Source: Kudoa neothunni (taxonomy: Eukaryota; Animalia; Cnidaria). From it: a stretch of 64,000 nucleotides of DNA. This document shows, piece by piece, positions 1 through 12,455 of the stretch. How positions within the stretch are numbered: position 1 is the stretch's first letter; each line of letters starts with the position of its first letter. The notes below the pieces were generated by a model. The model searched no databases, had not been told where the DNA came from, and was given only the letters and a program-made list of their open reading frames with translations. The stretch covers positions 6,215,200 through 6,279,199 of the forward strand of contig OZ199839.1 in the NCBI GenBank assembly GCA_964304625.1, in the 5' to 3' direction. Both the position numbers and the translations under genes were made by a program.

Positions 1-644
1 CACACGAACCAATGAGTTGATGAAAAATGACTATCTCTCTAATTACATGTCACCCGGCGAATTATATAACGAATTTTTCGACAAGGAACCTACGGACACA
101 AATAGAATCCATGGGGATACGATAAAAAGTTACCAGACTTTGGGGGAATAACTGGAAGAAATCCTTTGTTCAGTTGCACAGTAGATTCACCATTATCTCC
201 TCTAGTTGATCGGTTACGACCTGGTGGTGTTGGAGGGGCATTTTTGGTTGGCATTGCTGGTAGATTTTTAGAACGGAAGTTTGATAGTTCGGATTCCTGA
301 TTCGAAATGGAAGATGGGTTTCTGAATGATGATCTTACTCCAGGTATGGGTGGTGGTGGTCCCCTCGGTAACGGAGGGGGTGGGCCTTTTATTGAAGACC
401 TACTTTTTACTAAAAAACATCAAATCAGAGTTAAAAACCATTGTTTATAAGTATGCAAAAACAAAATCTATTTATAAATATTTTGTATGTACCCTCTTCA
501 TTGTCGACAGTATCTTGACGAGGAGGTGGCGGTGGAGGAGGCCCAGTATTGCCTCCCGCGTTAGCTGCCGGTGCTCTTAAAACAGTTGAAATTCTATTGA
601 AAAGTATTGATAATTGAAACTTACGAATTTCCTCCTTTTCGCAT
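1..644 (-). CDS. Proline-rich protein, 5' part (multi-exon; 3' end uncertain or outside window)
   Basis: Manual splicing: ATG at 644; exons 644-625, 575-493, 409-~133, then <90, joined by GT-AG introns. Gives MRKGGNSAPAANAGGNTGPPPPPPPRQDTVDNEEVKSRSSIKGPPPPLPRGPPPPIPG...APPTPPGRNR...LPVIPPKSG. Multiple PxxP motifs are adaptor/WIP-like, but no family is assigned. Confidence 0.65.
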
Positions 645-2516
645 TCAAATAACAAAAAATCTACTATCCAAATTTAACACTTTGTGATTTTTTTCGTTTA
701 ATTAGGCTGTCTGCCTGGTCCCACTCTAATAACACTACAGAAACAGCATTAATTTCAACTTCTCTCCAATCGAAAGTAAGTAATAAACGATTACAAACAA
801 GCAGTTTACGTTAAATGACAGGTTAAAAGCTTAATAACTCTAACTAATACGCTTATAGTTTTACACGAAGTTCTACAACTTTATCGAACAGGGGATTTTA
901 TCGGATTCCACTGAGATACGCGCTGATATGACATGATATTCCTACAAATCATTGGACGCTTGGGTTCAAACCATTTTTTGAGAATCCCTCTCTGCCAATA
1001 AAAAAAAGCTTTTACACTCTTATTTGAAATAGGCTTAAACATATTAATCGGTGCTTTGCATTAAACCTTATCCAAAATTTGCATTCGAATAATTGTAAAA
1101 ACATTTTAATATTTAATTAATTATTTAAAAGAATAATTAAAAAATTGTATTCATGAATGAAAACGCTAATGTGATGATTTTTATCAAATTTTACAATTAT
1201 TGAGTCATATCACGAACATGACGAATAATATATCCTCTTTGTGCTTAAATAATACCTAAACTTATGTGAAAAATTTTCCAATCTAACTATATATCGCTAA
1301 GTCACCCATTCAGTTCAGAAATTTATAGCAGTTATATTGGTATAATAACGCTCGGAATTTTTGTTATTATCTAAATCGGCTATTAAACATGAAAATATTT
1401 AAAACGATGATTCATTTGTTTCAACTGTCAGCTTTGTTTCACCATAACAATTTATCCTATTACTGAAAATCTAAAACTCAGCTGTTAATGATAAATTTTC
1501 ATAAAAGACTGATGCATTTAAGCCAGAATGTATCTAAAACATACTGTCGACTTGAGAGTTCATATGACTGTGGTGGCCAAAATTGAAAATTGTTTAAGCT
1601 AATTTAATTAAACGACAAACTTAGTTATCCACTGGTCGTGTATTCCTGCCTACCAAACCACGAACCACAGTCGAATATATTCGTGTTTAGGAAGCTAATT
1701 GTTCTTTCAAATAATCGGTGAGGGTCGGATTATTTTTAAATTAATAATTCAGCCATTTATTGATTTAAACTTATTTTAAAATAACACATCATTGAATTTT
1801 AATATATTTAAGGGGATTTAGTTATGAAAAAACATTAAGGAGTTAATAACATGACACTGAAGAGAAGAAACGTTTTTATTGTGATTAGTCTTAATTATAT
1901 TATCCATGGGAGATATTTTGATTATATCCAACATGTATGAGATAAATTTTAAATCATTCGACCCAACATGGCACTAATATTTTCTAATAAGTCATCTTTA
2001 GGTAGGCTTTAAACATCTAACAGACTTTATCTGATGTTAATTATGAACAGCTTGGCACAGAGATTAAATTTATAAGATTAATTTTATCTCCTGTGAGTTT
2101 AATTCAAGACATAAGATAAGTTATCTATTAATTTTTAAAGGAAACTTATTGTCAGATGATCCTGCTTTAGCGATAAATCAAGATAAGATAGATCATGGTA
2201 GTTATTAGTGTATTTTATCAATATTCATGAGTATATTTAAAGATTGGTTAATTAGATATATATTTGAATAATTTTCATTTTTGTTTCTCGATAATTATTA
2301 TTATACATTATCTGTAATAAAGGAGAAAAATTAATGATTAAATTGCAGAATAATGGCCATAATCCAAATCAGCGATAACGGATAAAAACGAACCTGTTAG
2401 TTATTTTAGTTTTTGTATTTATCAGTGTTGCATTATAATTAGGTTACTTTCGGCATTATATTTGTTATCAATAATAGTTTCAGTAATGTATTATTGAAAC
2501 AACTGTTAACCCCTCC

Positions 2517-2858
2517 ACTTAACTTATCCTTACATACTTATGCGGTAGTGTGGGACTTCAAACCCATTAAACATCCTCGTCTCAGGGCGACCACCACCCC
2601 ACACACTATCCCTTTAAGCACGTTGGCTCTGTGAGGTCTGAAAAGTACTTACCTTTCGATGGGTTCCGGAGATTCCAATTCCTATTTACGCTCACCCCAC
2701 TTTGCAGCGAGTGTACATTGTAACCACAGCTACCAAATATAGGATAGAGAATCACAGACACGGAAAGCAGTAGTCTAGTAGTCTGACCATCAGCGGATTC
2801 GAACCCATTACCTCGTAGTTCTGAGTCCGAGTGTCACATCGATGTGCTATCCGTCCTC
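2517..2858 (-). mobile_element. tRNA-derived SINE-like element
   Basis: The minus-strand head 2858-2783 is tRNA-like (A-box-like TAGCACATCGATG, B-box GGTTCGAATCC), followed by a GC-richer body. Absent at the equivalent position of the host repeat copy near 53.8 kb. Confidence 0.65.
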
Positions 2859-2952
2859 GAGGGTTACTGCAACTGGCAATACCATTTAATCGATCGAGTA
2901 AAAGCATACTTTATTTTTCCTAAAATTGGAGTTTGACAAATATGATTTAAAT

Positions 2953-3606
2953 CAAGGGTTCTCAACCTCTTTTTCAAATTTACCCCCATCAGCCTGACGA
3001 ATAATCGAAATTCACCCCTTTGACTTGTTTGGATGCCAAATTCACATTTACCATATGGTTTATACTGGTTTAGCTAGAGCAGAGGCTACTTGAGGGGTAA
3101 ATTCTGATCCAACAAAACATGTATGCTTGCATAATGACAATTTTTAATCCCATCAACTGTTACTCACGAACTGTATATAAATTTTATTCTTTAGACTTGA
3201 CTAAATAAAATTATTTCTTTCCTAATCCTCCGCTCTATGGGACTAGAAATAATTAAAAATAGTCAAAACTAATGACACTTAAATATTATTTACCATGAAA
3301 CTAGTCATTTTAATTATTATTATTATTATTATTATTATTAGGTTACACCATTAAAAGATCAACGAGACACGAAACAATGAGACTGAGAATAATTTTATAG
3401 AGAGCTGTTTAAAAACTTATTCCTAAAAAACATTTAAAGAATGTTTGCCTAATTCTTATTGAGTTTAATAGCCTTGAATAATACGATTACTTAGAAATCC
3501 TGAAGTACGTCATAAATCCATAATGCAAAAATTCTCCTTATCTAATTTTGATGTTACTTAATTTATCCCCTGTCATTTAAATTTTACCCCCGGTTGAGAA
3601 CCCCTG
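2953..3606. mobile_element. hAT-type non-autonomous element (MITE)
   Basis: TIRs CAAGGGTTCTCAACC / GGTTGAGAACCCCTG; 8-bp TSD ATTTAAAT / ATTTATAT; empty site visible in the repeat copy near 53760-53800. Confidence 0.85.
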
Positions 3607-4103
3607 ATTTATATGGATTGTCCAAATTTCTCCTTGGCAATTACCTGCTATTAATTCTGTCTACAAGAATAAAAACTTCATATTTTCCGAAAACAGCGGC
3701 TGATTAATTGTATCAATTGCTTAAGGTTAATATCAAAAATAATTTACTGGATGAAATATGGGTAATCCTAATTCAATTTTCCAATCAAATATCATTTTAA
3801 CTTGATTTCAAAAGTCTAGGATTAATTTCAGATCTAATTATAATCATTTATCGGAAAATTCGAACATTATTATTCTTTATTTTAACCGGCAGAGGATATT
3901 TTCATGGAAAATTCTAATTCCAATATTCATACGAATGCGCGTGCGCGTGGTAATTTTTAATCTCATCAACCCTCATTCACAAGTTATCAACAGATTCAAT
4001 TTTTTAGAACCTATTATATCTAATTATTTCTGATCCACTGTTTCACTCTTTGTATTTAAAGTAGTTCTATTCCAAGCGTCGCATTCATAAAAGTTCTTTA
4101 ATA

Positions 4104-4599
4104 TCTATTATATAAAGCAAACCAGTAATCTGTGTGTATATGTCGGTGTGTACGCATTTTTCATTCTTTATAGAGAGACATATCGCTCTGTTTGAGCACA
4201 CGTATGGAAAGGTGAAATTTTATTTAAACACAGAAAAATACTTTAAAAATTATTAGAAATTAATTTGGTAATTGAAATAGTTCAAATAAGGAAGGTAATA
4301 TTAGGTTATGTATCCAAGCATTAATATGAAATTCATTTGTTGATGTTTAACAAGATTAGACTTATTCATATGGTATGATTTAGAGATTACTGCAAATAAC
4401 AAGGAGAACATCGATATTTTAGGAGCACTAAATAGGAAATTCAAAAATATTAACTAATGTTCATGCGCCCAATAAGTTAAATAAATCATCAGTTAATTGG
4501 GTAATCTTTGTACTATTGATCTAAACACTCTGAATTTACTTTGAACTTCAAATGACCTTGGCCTACTCAAGGCTTTAGTCTGCGGGGCTTTTGCGCTAG
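4104..4599 (+). mobile_element. Non-autonomous Helitron
   Basis: 5' TCTATTATATAAAGC...CTGTGTGTAT; 3' GC-rich stretch ending CTAG; inserted between A and T. Confidence 0.6.
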
Positions 4600-5009
4600 T
4601 ATATATATATATATATATATACTATGATCTGGGGGGTTGCAAACGTGTCCAAATATATTGATAAATGAGGTTTTCTGGTGTAAATTAAACTTAGGTAATA
4701 TATATTATTAGTAAATTGACGTAAAAAATCAAAACTGAATTATAAAATTCGAATATTAACTTTTTCGTTTCCAACTTGGGTTTAACTGTAAAAGAACAAG
4801 TTAAAAAATTCCACCTCCATTGGGCTGTATTTTTATATTTTTTCCTGAATAGTTTCAAAATGGTATAGTGATTTAATCTATTTTAAAACAAATTAATAAT
4901 AATTATAAAGAAATAAAATGCTAGAATATGCATTCAATAGTTACAGTAAGTTTCAATTTTAAACAAAATAATTTATTTTTATATACATAATCGTAATTGG
5001 TTATAATGC

Positions 5010-5480
5010 AGAATAAGGTTCGAATTTTCCGATAAATGATTATAATTAGATCTGACATTAATCCTAGACTTTTGAAATCAAGTTAGAATGATATTTGATT
5101 GAAAAATTAAATTAGGATTATCTATATTTTATCCAGTGAATTATTTTTGGTATCAACCTTATGCAATTGATACAATTAATCAGCTGCCGTTTGTAGCAAA
5201 TATGAAATTTTTATTCTTGTAGACAGAATTAATAGCAGGTAATTGCCAAGGAGAAATAAATGTTACATTACTCGATTGAGTGTTAGAGCTTTTAAAAATA
5301 ATTAAGGTGTTAAGAGTTCAATATAATATTACAACAACTATTGTTGATAACTAATATAGTGTTGAATAGTAACCTAATTATAATGAATCATTGATGAATA
5401 AAAAAACTAAAATAATTAACAGGTTCGATTTTGTCCGTTGGCGCTGATGAGGATTATGGCCATTATTTTACATTTTAACC
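5010..5480. repeat. Dispersed ~500-bp repeat, copy B (inverted relative to copy A)
   Basis: Reverse-complement match to 3627-3875 and 2338-2500. Confidence 0.8.
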
Positions 5481-7920
5481 TCGTCATTTATTTCATGTAA
5501 TTTTTTCGTTAAAATATACTTTTATATTGTTTGATAATATTCACAAATACATTTAAAGAGTTTAGAATTAGTTTAAAAAAATTATGTAAGGATTATTATT
5601 GTTATTATTAATAATAATCAAACAATTTATCTATCTAAGGCAAAAAATATATATATACCAAAAATCGATATGTCATTATCTCATTGTAGGAGCTTTAAAA
5701 ATTTTCAGATATGAATTATTTTTGAAACTGAAAAATTGGCGCGCATGCACCAAAAATATTGATCCATGTAGGTAAATTGATTATATTATGCCATTGTTTA
5801 AAAACAAAATAAAATGTAAATTTAAAATGCATTGTAAGTAGTTAATGAAATTTCCACCTTTTCCTGCAATTAAACGATATATGGACTGATATAACATTTT
5901 TTAGCTTTTTCATGTCGTTAAAACTAACCATTTTTACATGATATATTATCTGCAGACCACAAAAAAAATTTTGGCATTAAAGGGTTAAGGAAAAATTAAT
6001 TTATCCGCTTCTTTCCATATTTGCGATAAGCCCTGGGATGAATTACCCTGTGTGATACTCTGTTTGAAATATCACATAGTTCGATCTAAAACTTCAACTC
6101 ATGAATTTCATTATACATAAAACTTGATTTTTAAATGAGTAACTTTTAGATTACAGCGTATATGTGATGCAAGGATTTCATATGCGTTGATCCGCAACTA
6201 GCCTTTCAAAAAATCGAGGGTATGTGGATTATCCTCTATTTCGAAGAGATTAAGTCAATGTATTAACAAGATTATGCGATTCGTTCACAGCGGATTTTTG
6301 TAATCAATGTTAGGACTAATTTTCTTATCAAAATTCAACAATACATTACTTTTTAGAATAAACTATTTTATTTATTTTAAAATATCGGCTGAACTACAGT
6401 ACTACAATATCTGTGTACGAACTTCGGTCGGTGTCGCATACAAGATCGGAAATAAAGTCGTTTCCTACAATTTGTCCTGTTAATTCACTTCTCTTTCAAA
6501 AGTTTTTTCGTTTTTTATCTTATCACAAAAAATTACACTACTGAGTTCAATCCAGATCAAAAAGAATCCATCTATAAACTGGAAATAAATCTTAAGTCAT
6601 GCAACAGAGATTCACGTGGAATCTCTGTTGTTGATTAATACATCAAAAAAATTATTATTTCACTATAATTTTAACAAATTCAAAGTCGTCAATTGTTCAC
6701 TGAATTTTTTTTATTTGTATCTGTTAGTAAAAAGTTTTTAAATGTTCAATCTTGTAACTTCATATTTTATAAGCAGAACTTTCTGATTTATTCTATTCAA
6801 CATTAGAAAGACGATTTTTCAATTTAACAATGGCATTCCTCAATGCGATTTTTAGTTTATAAATTTTGTTGGGTAGTTTTTTCATGATTTAAATACATTT
6901 ATTACAATATTTGTTCAAAAAATCCAAAATTCAAATTTTAATTTGTCTTATTAAGTTATCTTTTTATTTGTATACGTCAAATAACAACAATAAAATCAAT
7001 AACTATTTTTTAATTAAAATAAATATTAAAATAATGCAATCGTCACAACACAAAAAATACGGTTTTTAAGTAATTAAGGATAAATCAATGATAGATATTA
7101 ATGTGTCCAAAGCATTTTTTTATCTCAACAATATAAAAATGATGTAAAATCAATAATTTAACAAATATTACCTCATATTTTATAATATATTTCAATATTT
7201 TTGGGTGGTTGAATGTTTTAAAGACCTATCAAAAACTCGTCGAACTGCTGTGCGCATCCGCATCAACAATATAAAACAGCGCTTCTCAACTAAAACTGGA
7301 CTTGCACCACTTTCTCATATGATAAGGTGTAACTGAATCAAAGTTTCTCAAAAATTATTTTCTATTGTGGTCGAGTCTGGCACCCCAAACCCACAGTTTA
7401 CACCCTTAGGGATAGGGGAGCCACTGTCATGCAGGGTTTAAACATTCTCGATATTTATCGACATCACATTTTATTGTTTAACATGACACAATTACATAAT
7501 TACTCAGTAAACATTTTCGCACATTATTAGAAAATTTAAACTTTATTTCAGAATATATTTTGAATTATAAAGTAATTAATTGGGAGTGTATTGATCTACA
7601 CGAGATATTAAGTATGAGTGAGTGTTCGTGCCAAAACATCGCAATCATACGGCGATAAATTTAAATTTAATATCTGAAGACGTAATCATTGAATCGAAAA
7701 AGTCAACAACTTTAATAGATACAGTTCTATTTTTTGGTTGTACTTTAAATTAATGTTTTTTTTAATTCCGCTGGCAACCCTGTGTTAGGGGTGACACCTC
7801 GGGCCGTACTTTGGTGACCTCTGATATAAAAGCGGTTTCAGGGTATTAGACTTGCTATATTTCGAATTGAGCTTATAATTACTTTTTATTTTAAAATAGT
7901 ATTTAGGTTTTTAACATAAG

Positions 7921-8120
7921 ATGAAAAAACACGCAAGAATGTTATATCATTATAAAAACAGAGAGGAGGGGATAAAATCTTGTATAATGGTTATTTTTAT
8001 GTGAATGACCACAAATCTAATTCAAATCAATGTTGTAGATTTTAGAAACGTGTTTGTAAAGGAAGTCTTAACATCTCTGTATTGCCACCATAATCACATT
8101 GTTACGTTTTATGTTTAAAT
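7921..8120 (+). pseudogene. FLYWCH zinc-finger remnant of a MULE transposase
   Basis: RGGDKILYNGYFY...C...CKG...HNH with stops; resembles the 5' end of the MULE at 28.3 kb (RRGDKILLNHCFY). Confidence 0.55.
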
Positions 8121-8710
8121 CGGACTATTATTAACGAGATAATTAAAAAATGTGTTATATATGAATAATATTCAATTCAGCAAGCAGGGTATACTTAAAT
8201 ATTTTTATAAATGAAACTCGTACAATTCGATTAAATATCATTTTAAAGAGAAAATATCAAATTAATACCACAAAACTATGGTAAATATTCTTCAAAATTT
8301 TATCTGAAATCAACATCTAAATAATATAATTAAAAATTATATTAATTTCAAATAATAATGCTATTTTTCTGGAAACATGGTTTTTATTATTACTTTTTCG
8401 CACGCGCCCCATGGGATTGCATTAACATCTTTTTAACTTCTATTCATTTTGGTTCGAATCTCGGCTCGAACACCTTGTGTCAGAATGTCTTTTACGGCAG
8501 ATTGAAGTTTACGTGTAGAAAAAATGGATATTTCATTAACCTTATAAAAAAATGGGGAAGATTTTTACCCCAAGTGAATTTTACACAACAATATCATAGC
8601 GTATTAATGGAACATAACTTCTATCCAATTTTTGAAATCCAATATCTTTACGAAAGCTTTTAAAAAAATGAATTTAATTTTTTTCCTTACATTAAAAAAT
8701 CAATGTATAA

Positions 8711-9212
8711 ATACCCCCTAAATAAAATCGGGGTAGAAATCTACCCCACATTTTTCTTTTCTAAAATTTTCTAAGTGTTGGTGAAAGTAATTTTAAAAAT
8801 TTCCGGAAATTCTATTGAGAAAATAACGAAACACTATACATGCGATTCCCTACAGCATACACAACATCAATATAATTATGTAATCCTCTCTGAATGCAAC
8901 GATAACGATAATTCCTCGTACCCTGATTATTCTTATACTAGTTATTTAAAATAAGATAAATTAATTGGCAGAAGTTTAAAAAGTTGGATTAAAGTTAAAT
9001 ACTAAGGAAACTTAGAGATAGCCCCATAAATTCAATTATACTCCAACGAGACATAACACATTACATCTTCGCGCAAGCGTAAACAGAATGTAACCTTAAT
9101 AATTGATCATTTATTCGAATTTTACCAGTATATGCTGACTTTCATTTGAGACAATTTTATCAAATAAAAACGTGGGGTAGATTTCTACCTCATTTCTTTT
9201 ATTTGAGGGTGT
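8711..9212. mobile_element. MITE with ~40-bp terminal inverted repeats
   Basis: TACCCCCTAAATAAAATCGGGGTAGAAATCTACCCCAC at 8711 versus the inverted GTGGGGTAGATTTCTACCTC...TTTATTTGAGGGTGTA at ~9172-9212. Confidence 0.65.
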
Positions 9213-9532
9213 ATCTATTTCAGCTAATTAGAAAAGTTAAAAAAGACGAAATAAATCGAGCCTATGTTTAATTCAAATTTAATTAAAACCCTAATGTAAT
9301 TGTTTTTAATTTGGATAATAAAATCCGCTCGTAGAGTGTTAAATGGATTAATGCATAATTTTCAAGGCGCGCGCACTTAAATAACAAAATATATTTATCA
9401 ATAATTCCATGCAACCTAAGACAAATTTCGCTCAAAAAATATATTTAACATAATTATATAAAATATATTATAAAAATATATAATTTATTTTACTTTTACA
9501 AATATTAATTAACTAACCGATTTGCACGTGAG

Positions 9533-12432
9533 ATGACAAACATGAAGTTGAAGTTTTGTTTACCAGTGGACAACTGTTATAAGATTGTTCCAGTAGATGG
9601 GAATGGCGCCAGAATTGGTATAGTTTGTAAATGCACAAAAAACTACACAGAAAATGTGCATATTTTTATATTTTTAAGCGAGTTGATTGGTTTTAACTCA
9701 AAACATAGATCGAGATGAAAATTAAGGAGTTGAAAGAAAGAAATTATCGCGAAAAATTACGTGCTATTGAAGCCAATGGGACCGAGTATTTAACATTAGT
9801 AATGTTAAATCAAGCAGAGAATTTTGTTTTAGAGTTGATGACAATGGCAACCTATTAGGTCACTCTATCAAAAACCTTCTAGAGTATATATTGGTGGGGA
9901 AAACCGTTGATATATATCATAATTTTGACGATCCTTATTTGCTGTTTCGAAATTTTATTGTTGTACTCATAGTTACTATCATTTCAACCCCTAAATTTTT
10001 AATCCATTTAGGTTGGTATGGGTTTGATGATCAACTTGGTGATAGATACTTCCCATATTGTCTATTTGGTTTATTTGTTTCGATATTTTGAGCAGTTTAA
10101 AGTATTTTAATCATCCTCAATATAAATATTGATAAATATTGATAAATAAATATATATATATATATATATGTATATATCTATATTTATCTATATTTATCTA
10201 TATTTATATTGAGAGATAATCCATTGTAACATTATTTTTCTATAACAAAATACCTTCAGGTTGACAATATATTTGTTTTTGTAAGAGGTATAAATTTCTA
10301 GTTATTTATTAAATAAATAGCGGATTTTCTTTTAGATTCCTGTTGTCTCCCTATGGTCTTAAGAAAGTACGGGGTCAACATTAATTCATCATTTTCAAAA
10401 ATATTTGTAGATTATTAACTTGGTTTTATTGTGTGACATTTTTGGATATTAATTCATTAGATGTGATCAAGTAATCTTAGATTTAAATTTTTTTATTAAG
10501 ATTTGAAAATTAAATCATTTCTCTAGAGAATCCATTTCTAACGATACTTATCGATCCACTACCCATATTATTATAAGTAATTGAAATGTAACTACAGAAA
10601 AATGACTGATAAATAGATTTGTCATTATTGGATGATAAATTAGTAATGGATAATCTAAAGTTGGTGCAATTATTGCAGGTTTTATCTCACGAAAGTGGGT
10701 TTTTTATCTCTCAGCACTCTAACTAGTGTAATACCACTATATAGATAGTGATGTTAAATACAATATTATATCGATGAGTCTTAGCGTTGTTTCTGTATTT
10801 TTTAAATGCTATCAACTCCCTTTAATATATCTACATCTAAATTTTTATCAGGACCCATATAAAAATGCTATTGAGCGAGTGAAAATTTCGGTGATACCGA
10901 CATTTTCGTTTTCTGTAATTTTTGCTGATTCGACGTAGTGTGATTTACATTAATTAGAGTTTTAAAGACAGTTTCCATAAATTCAATTTTAAATACAGAC
11001 GGACTCTTTGGGAGTTTATTCATGAACACCTCATTAATGGTACTCATTTGTTACAATGTGGAATCAGTTGTAAATTTATTCCACGTTAGATAGTTCAAAA
11101 ATCTTTCAACTCCATCCTTCAACCGTGCTAGCTTATTGTTTGTTTATTTGTGATAAAAATCGATTAAATTCGTCGACAACCACTGTAGACTCACTGAAAA
11201 GCGATTTTTATGCTTTAGTTTTTCAATTCAACCAATTTTATAAAAGGTTGTCTTCCAGAAAATCTCAGAAATTGTTGAATTAGACGTTTTTAGAAATCTC
11301 GAAATGAATCAATCGGGAGTTGAACTTATGGATGAGGTTTTCTTTGGGTGTTTAGAATTTTTTTCGAGTAGAAATATTATTTTGAATACTACCTCCGATT
11401 CCATCATCAAGATAAACTACTCAAAAAATAATGAACTAATTCAACTTGCTCATCCAGTTATTTTATTTAGAGATAAAATTGGCGATTCCATATAAATTTT
11501 CTAGTTTATCTATAAAGATTTCTTGTTTATTGTTTTCAGTCTTACTATCCAATTGCATTGTAAATATCAATTGCATTTATTCCGGTTTGACTCGTCTTCC
11601 TACCAACTGTCTATTGATTACAATAAAGTTGGTCGATTTTTCGCTTCATAAGCTCATCTGTCTTTATTTTAGTTTGTAAAAACCTACCACGACCTTTATT
11701 ACCTTCTTAAAGATCTATTCCATGGTCATATTCCAGTATGAGGATATCAATGGTTGATATCAGTATATTTTTCTTTAGGAATGCACCGATTTGAAGGATG
11801 TATGCTACGAGCTATTGCTTGAATGTTGTTTTTTGAAGTTGTTACGTAGCAATAAAGTTTCTTCTATTGTGTGTATGTGATCTAATTACAATATAGAACA
11901 AAGTTCACCAAAGTAATCGTCTGCAATATCTTGAAAGCGACCCCCTCTCAGATAGTCCTCAGTGTGACAATTTTGACAAATCATATTCTGATGAAGAAAA
12001 TGATTTCACCTTCGATGTTGTCATTTATATATTTATTTTTGTTTAAATTTCCTAATAGATCTTTATTTCTCGATCTCAAATGGATTATTTTCATAGAAGA
12101 TGTTTTATTTTGAAACCATTGTTCACATTAACGCGTCATTTATTGGATTTGTTACTCAATCGTAAAGATGATAGTTTTTGTTTCGTTATTGATTTGGTTT
12201 AGAGAACGTTTCTGTGTCTGGTTTGATCACACAAGTGGAAAGTCATGCTGCGTGTGATATCGCTTGCCCTTTAAAATGCACAGGCTGGGGTTTTTGGTTG
12301 GATAAAGCCTTAAATCTATTGTCACACTCAAATATCATTGAGCCCAGAGAATGCGAGTCAATAAGTACATCTCTGTTGAAAGAATTCAAAGATCATATTG
12401 ACGAGATAGTTTCTGGTTACAATATATATTAG
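9533..12432 (+). CDS. Uncharacterised multi-exon protein (~18 micro-introns)
   Basis: Successive GT-AG micro-introns splice into a continuous frame over most of the length, e.g. IEMKIKELKERNYREKLRAIEANGTEEFCFRVDDNGNLLGHS; FVKTYHDLYYLLKDLFHGHIP|ECTDLKDVCYELLLECCFLKLLRSNKVSSI|NKVHQSNRLQYLESDPLSDSPQCDNFDKSYSDEENDF; last exon ...CDIACPLKCTGWGFWLDKAL...YNIY*. The start and some internal junctions are uncertain. Confidence 0.65.
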
Positions 12433-12455
12433 TTTTATTGTGTTTTTTGGCATTG

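Larger units (their letters stand above)
2338..3875. repeat. Dispersed ~500-bp repeat, copy A (interrupted by a SINE and a hAT MITE)
   Basis: 2338-2500 and 3627-3875 are reverse complements of 5330-5480 and 5010-5257; also matches 53520-54036. Confidence 0.8.

Noticed and set aside
2783-2858. Functional tRNA gene
   Set aside because: The acceptor and D arms pair poorly and it is fused to a 260-bp body inserted in another repeat; better explained as a SINE head.
8358-8663. 101-aa ORF
   Set aside because: Lies among MITE/MULE remnants and contains a TIR-like motif; no protein signature.
10121-10210. Short tandem repeats (AAATATTGAT, TATATTTATC, (TA)n) as a CRISPR-like array
   Set aside because: Intronic micro/minisatellite without unique spacers; eukaryotic context and no cas genes.
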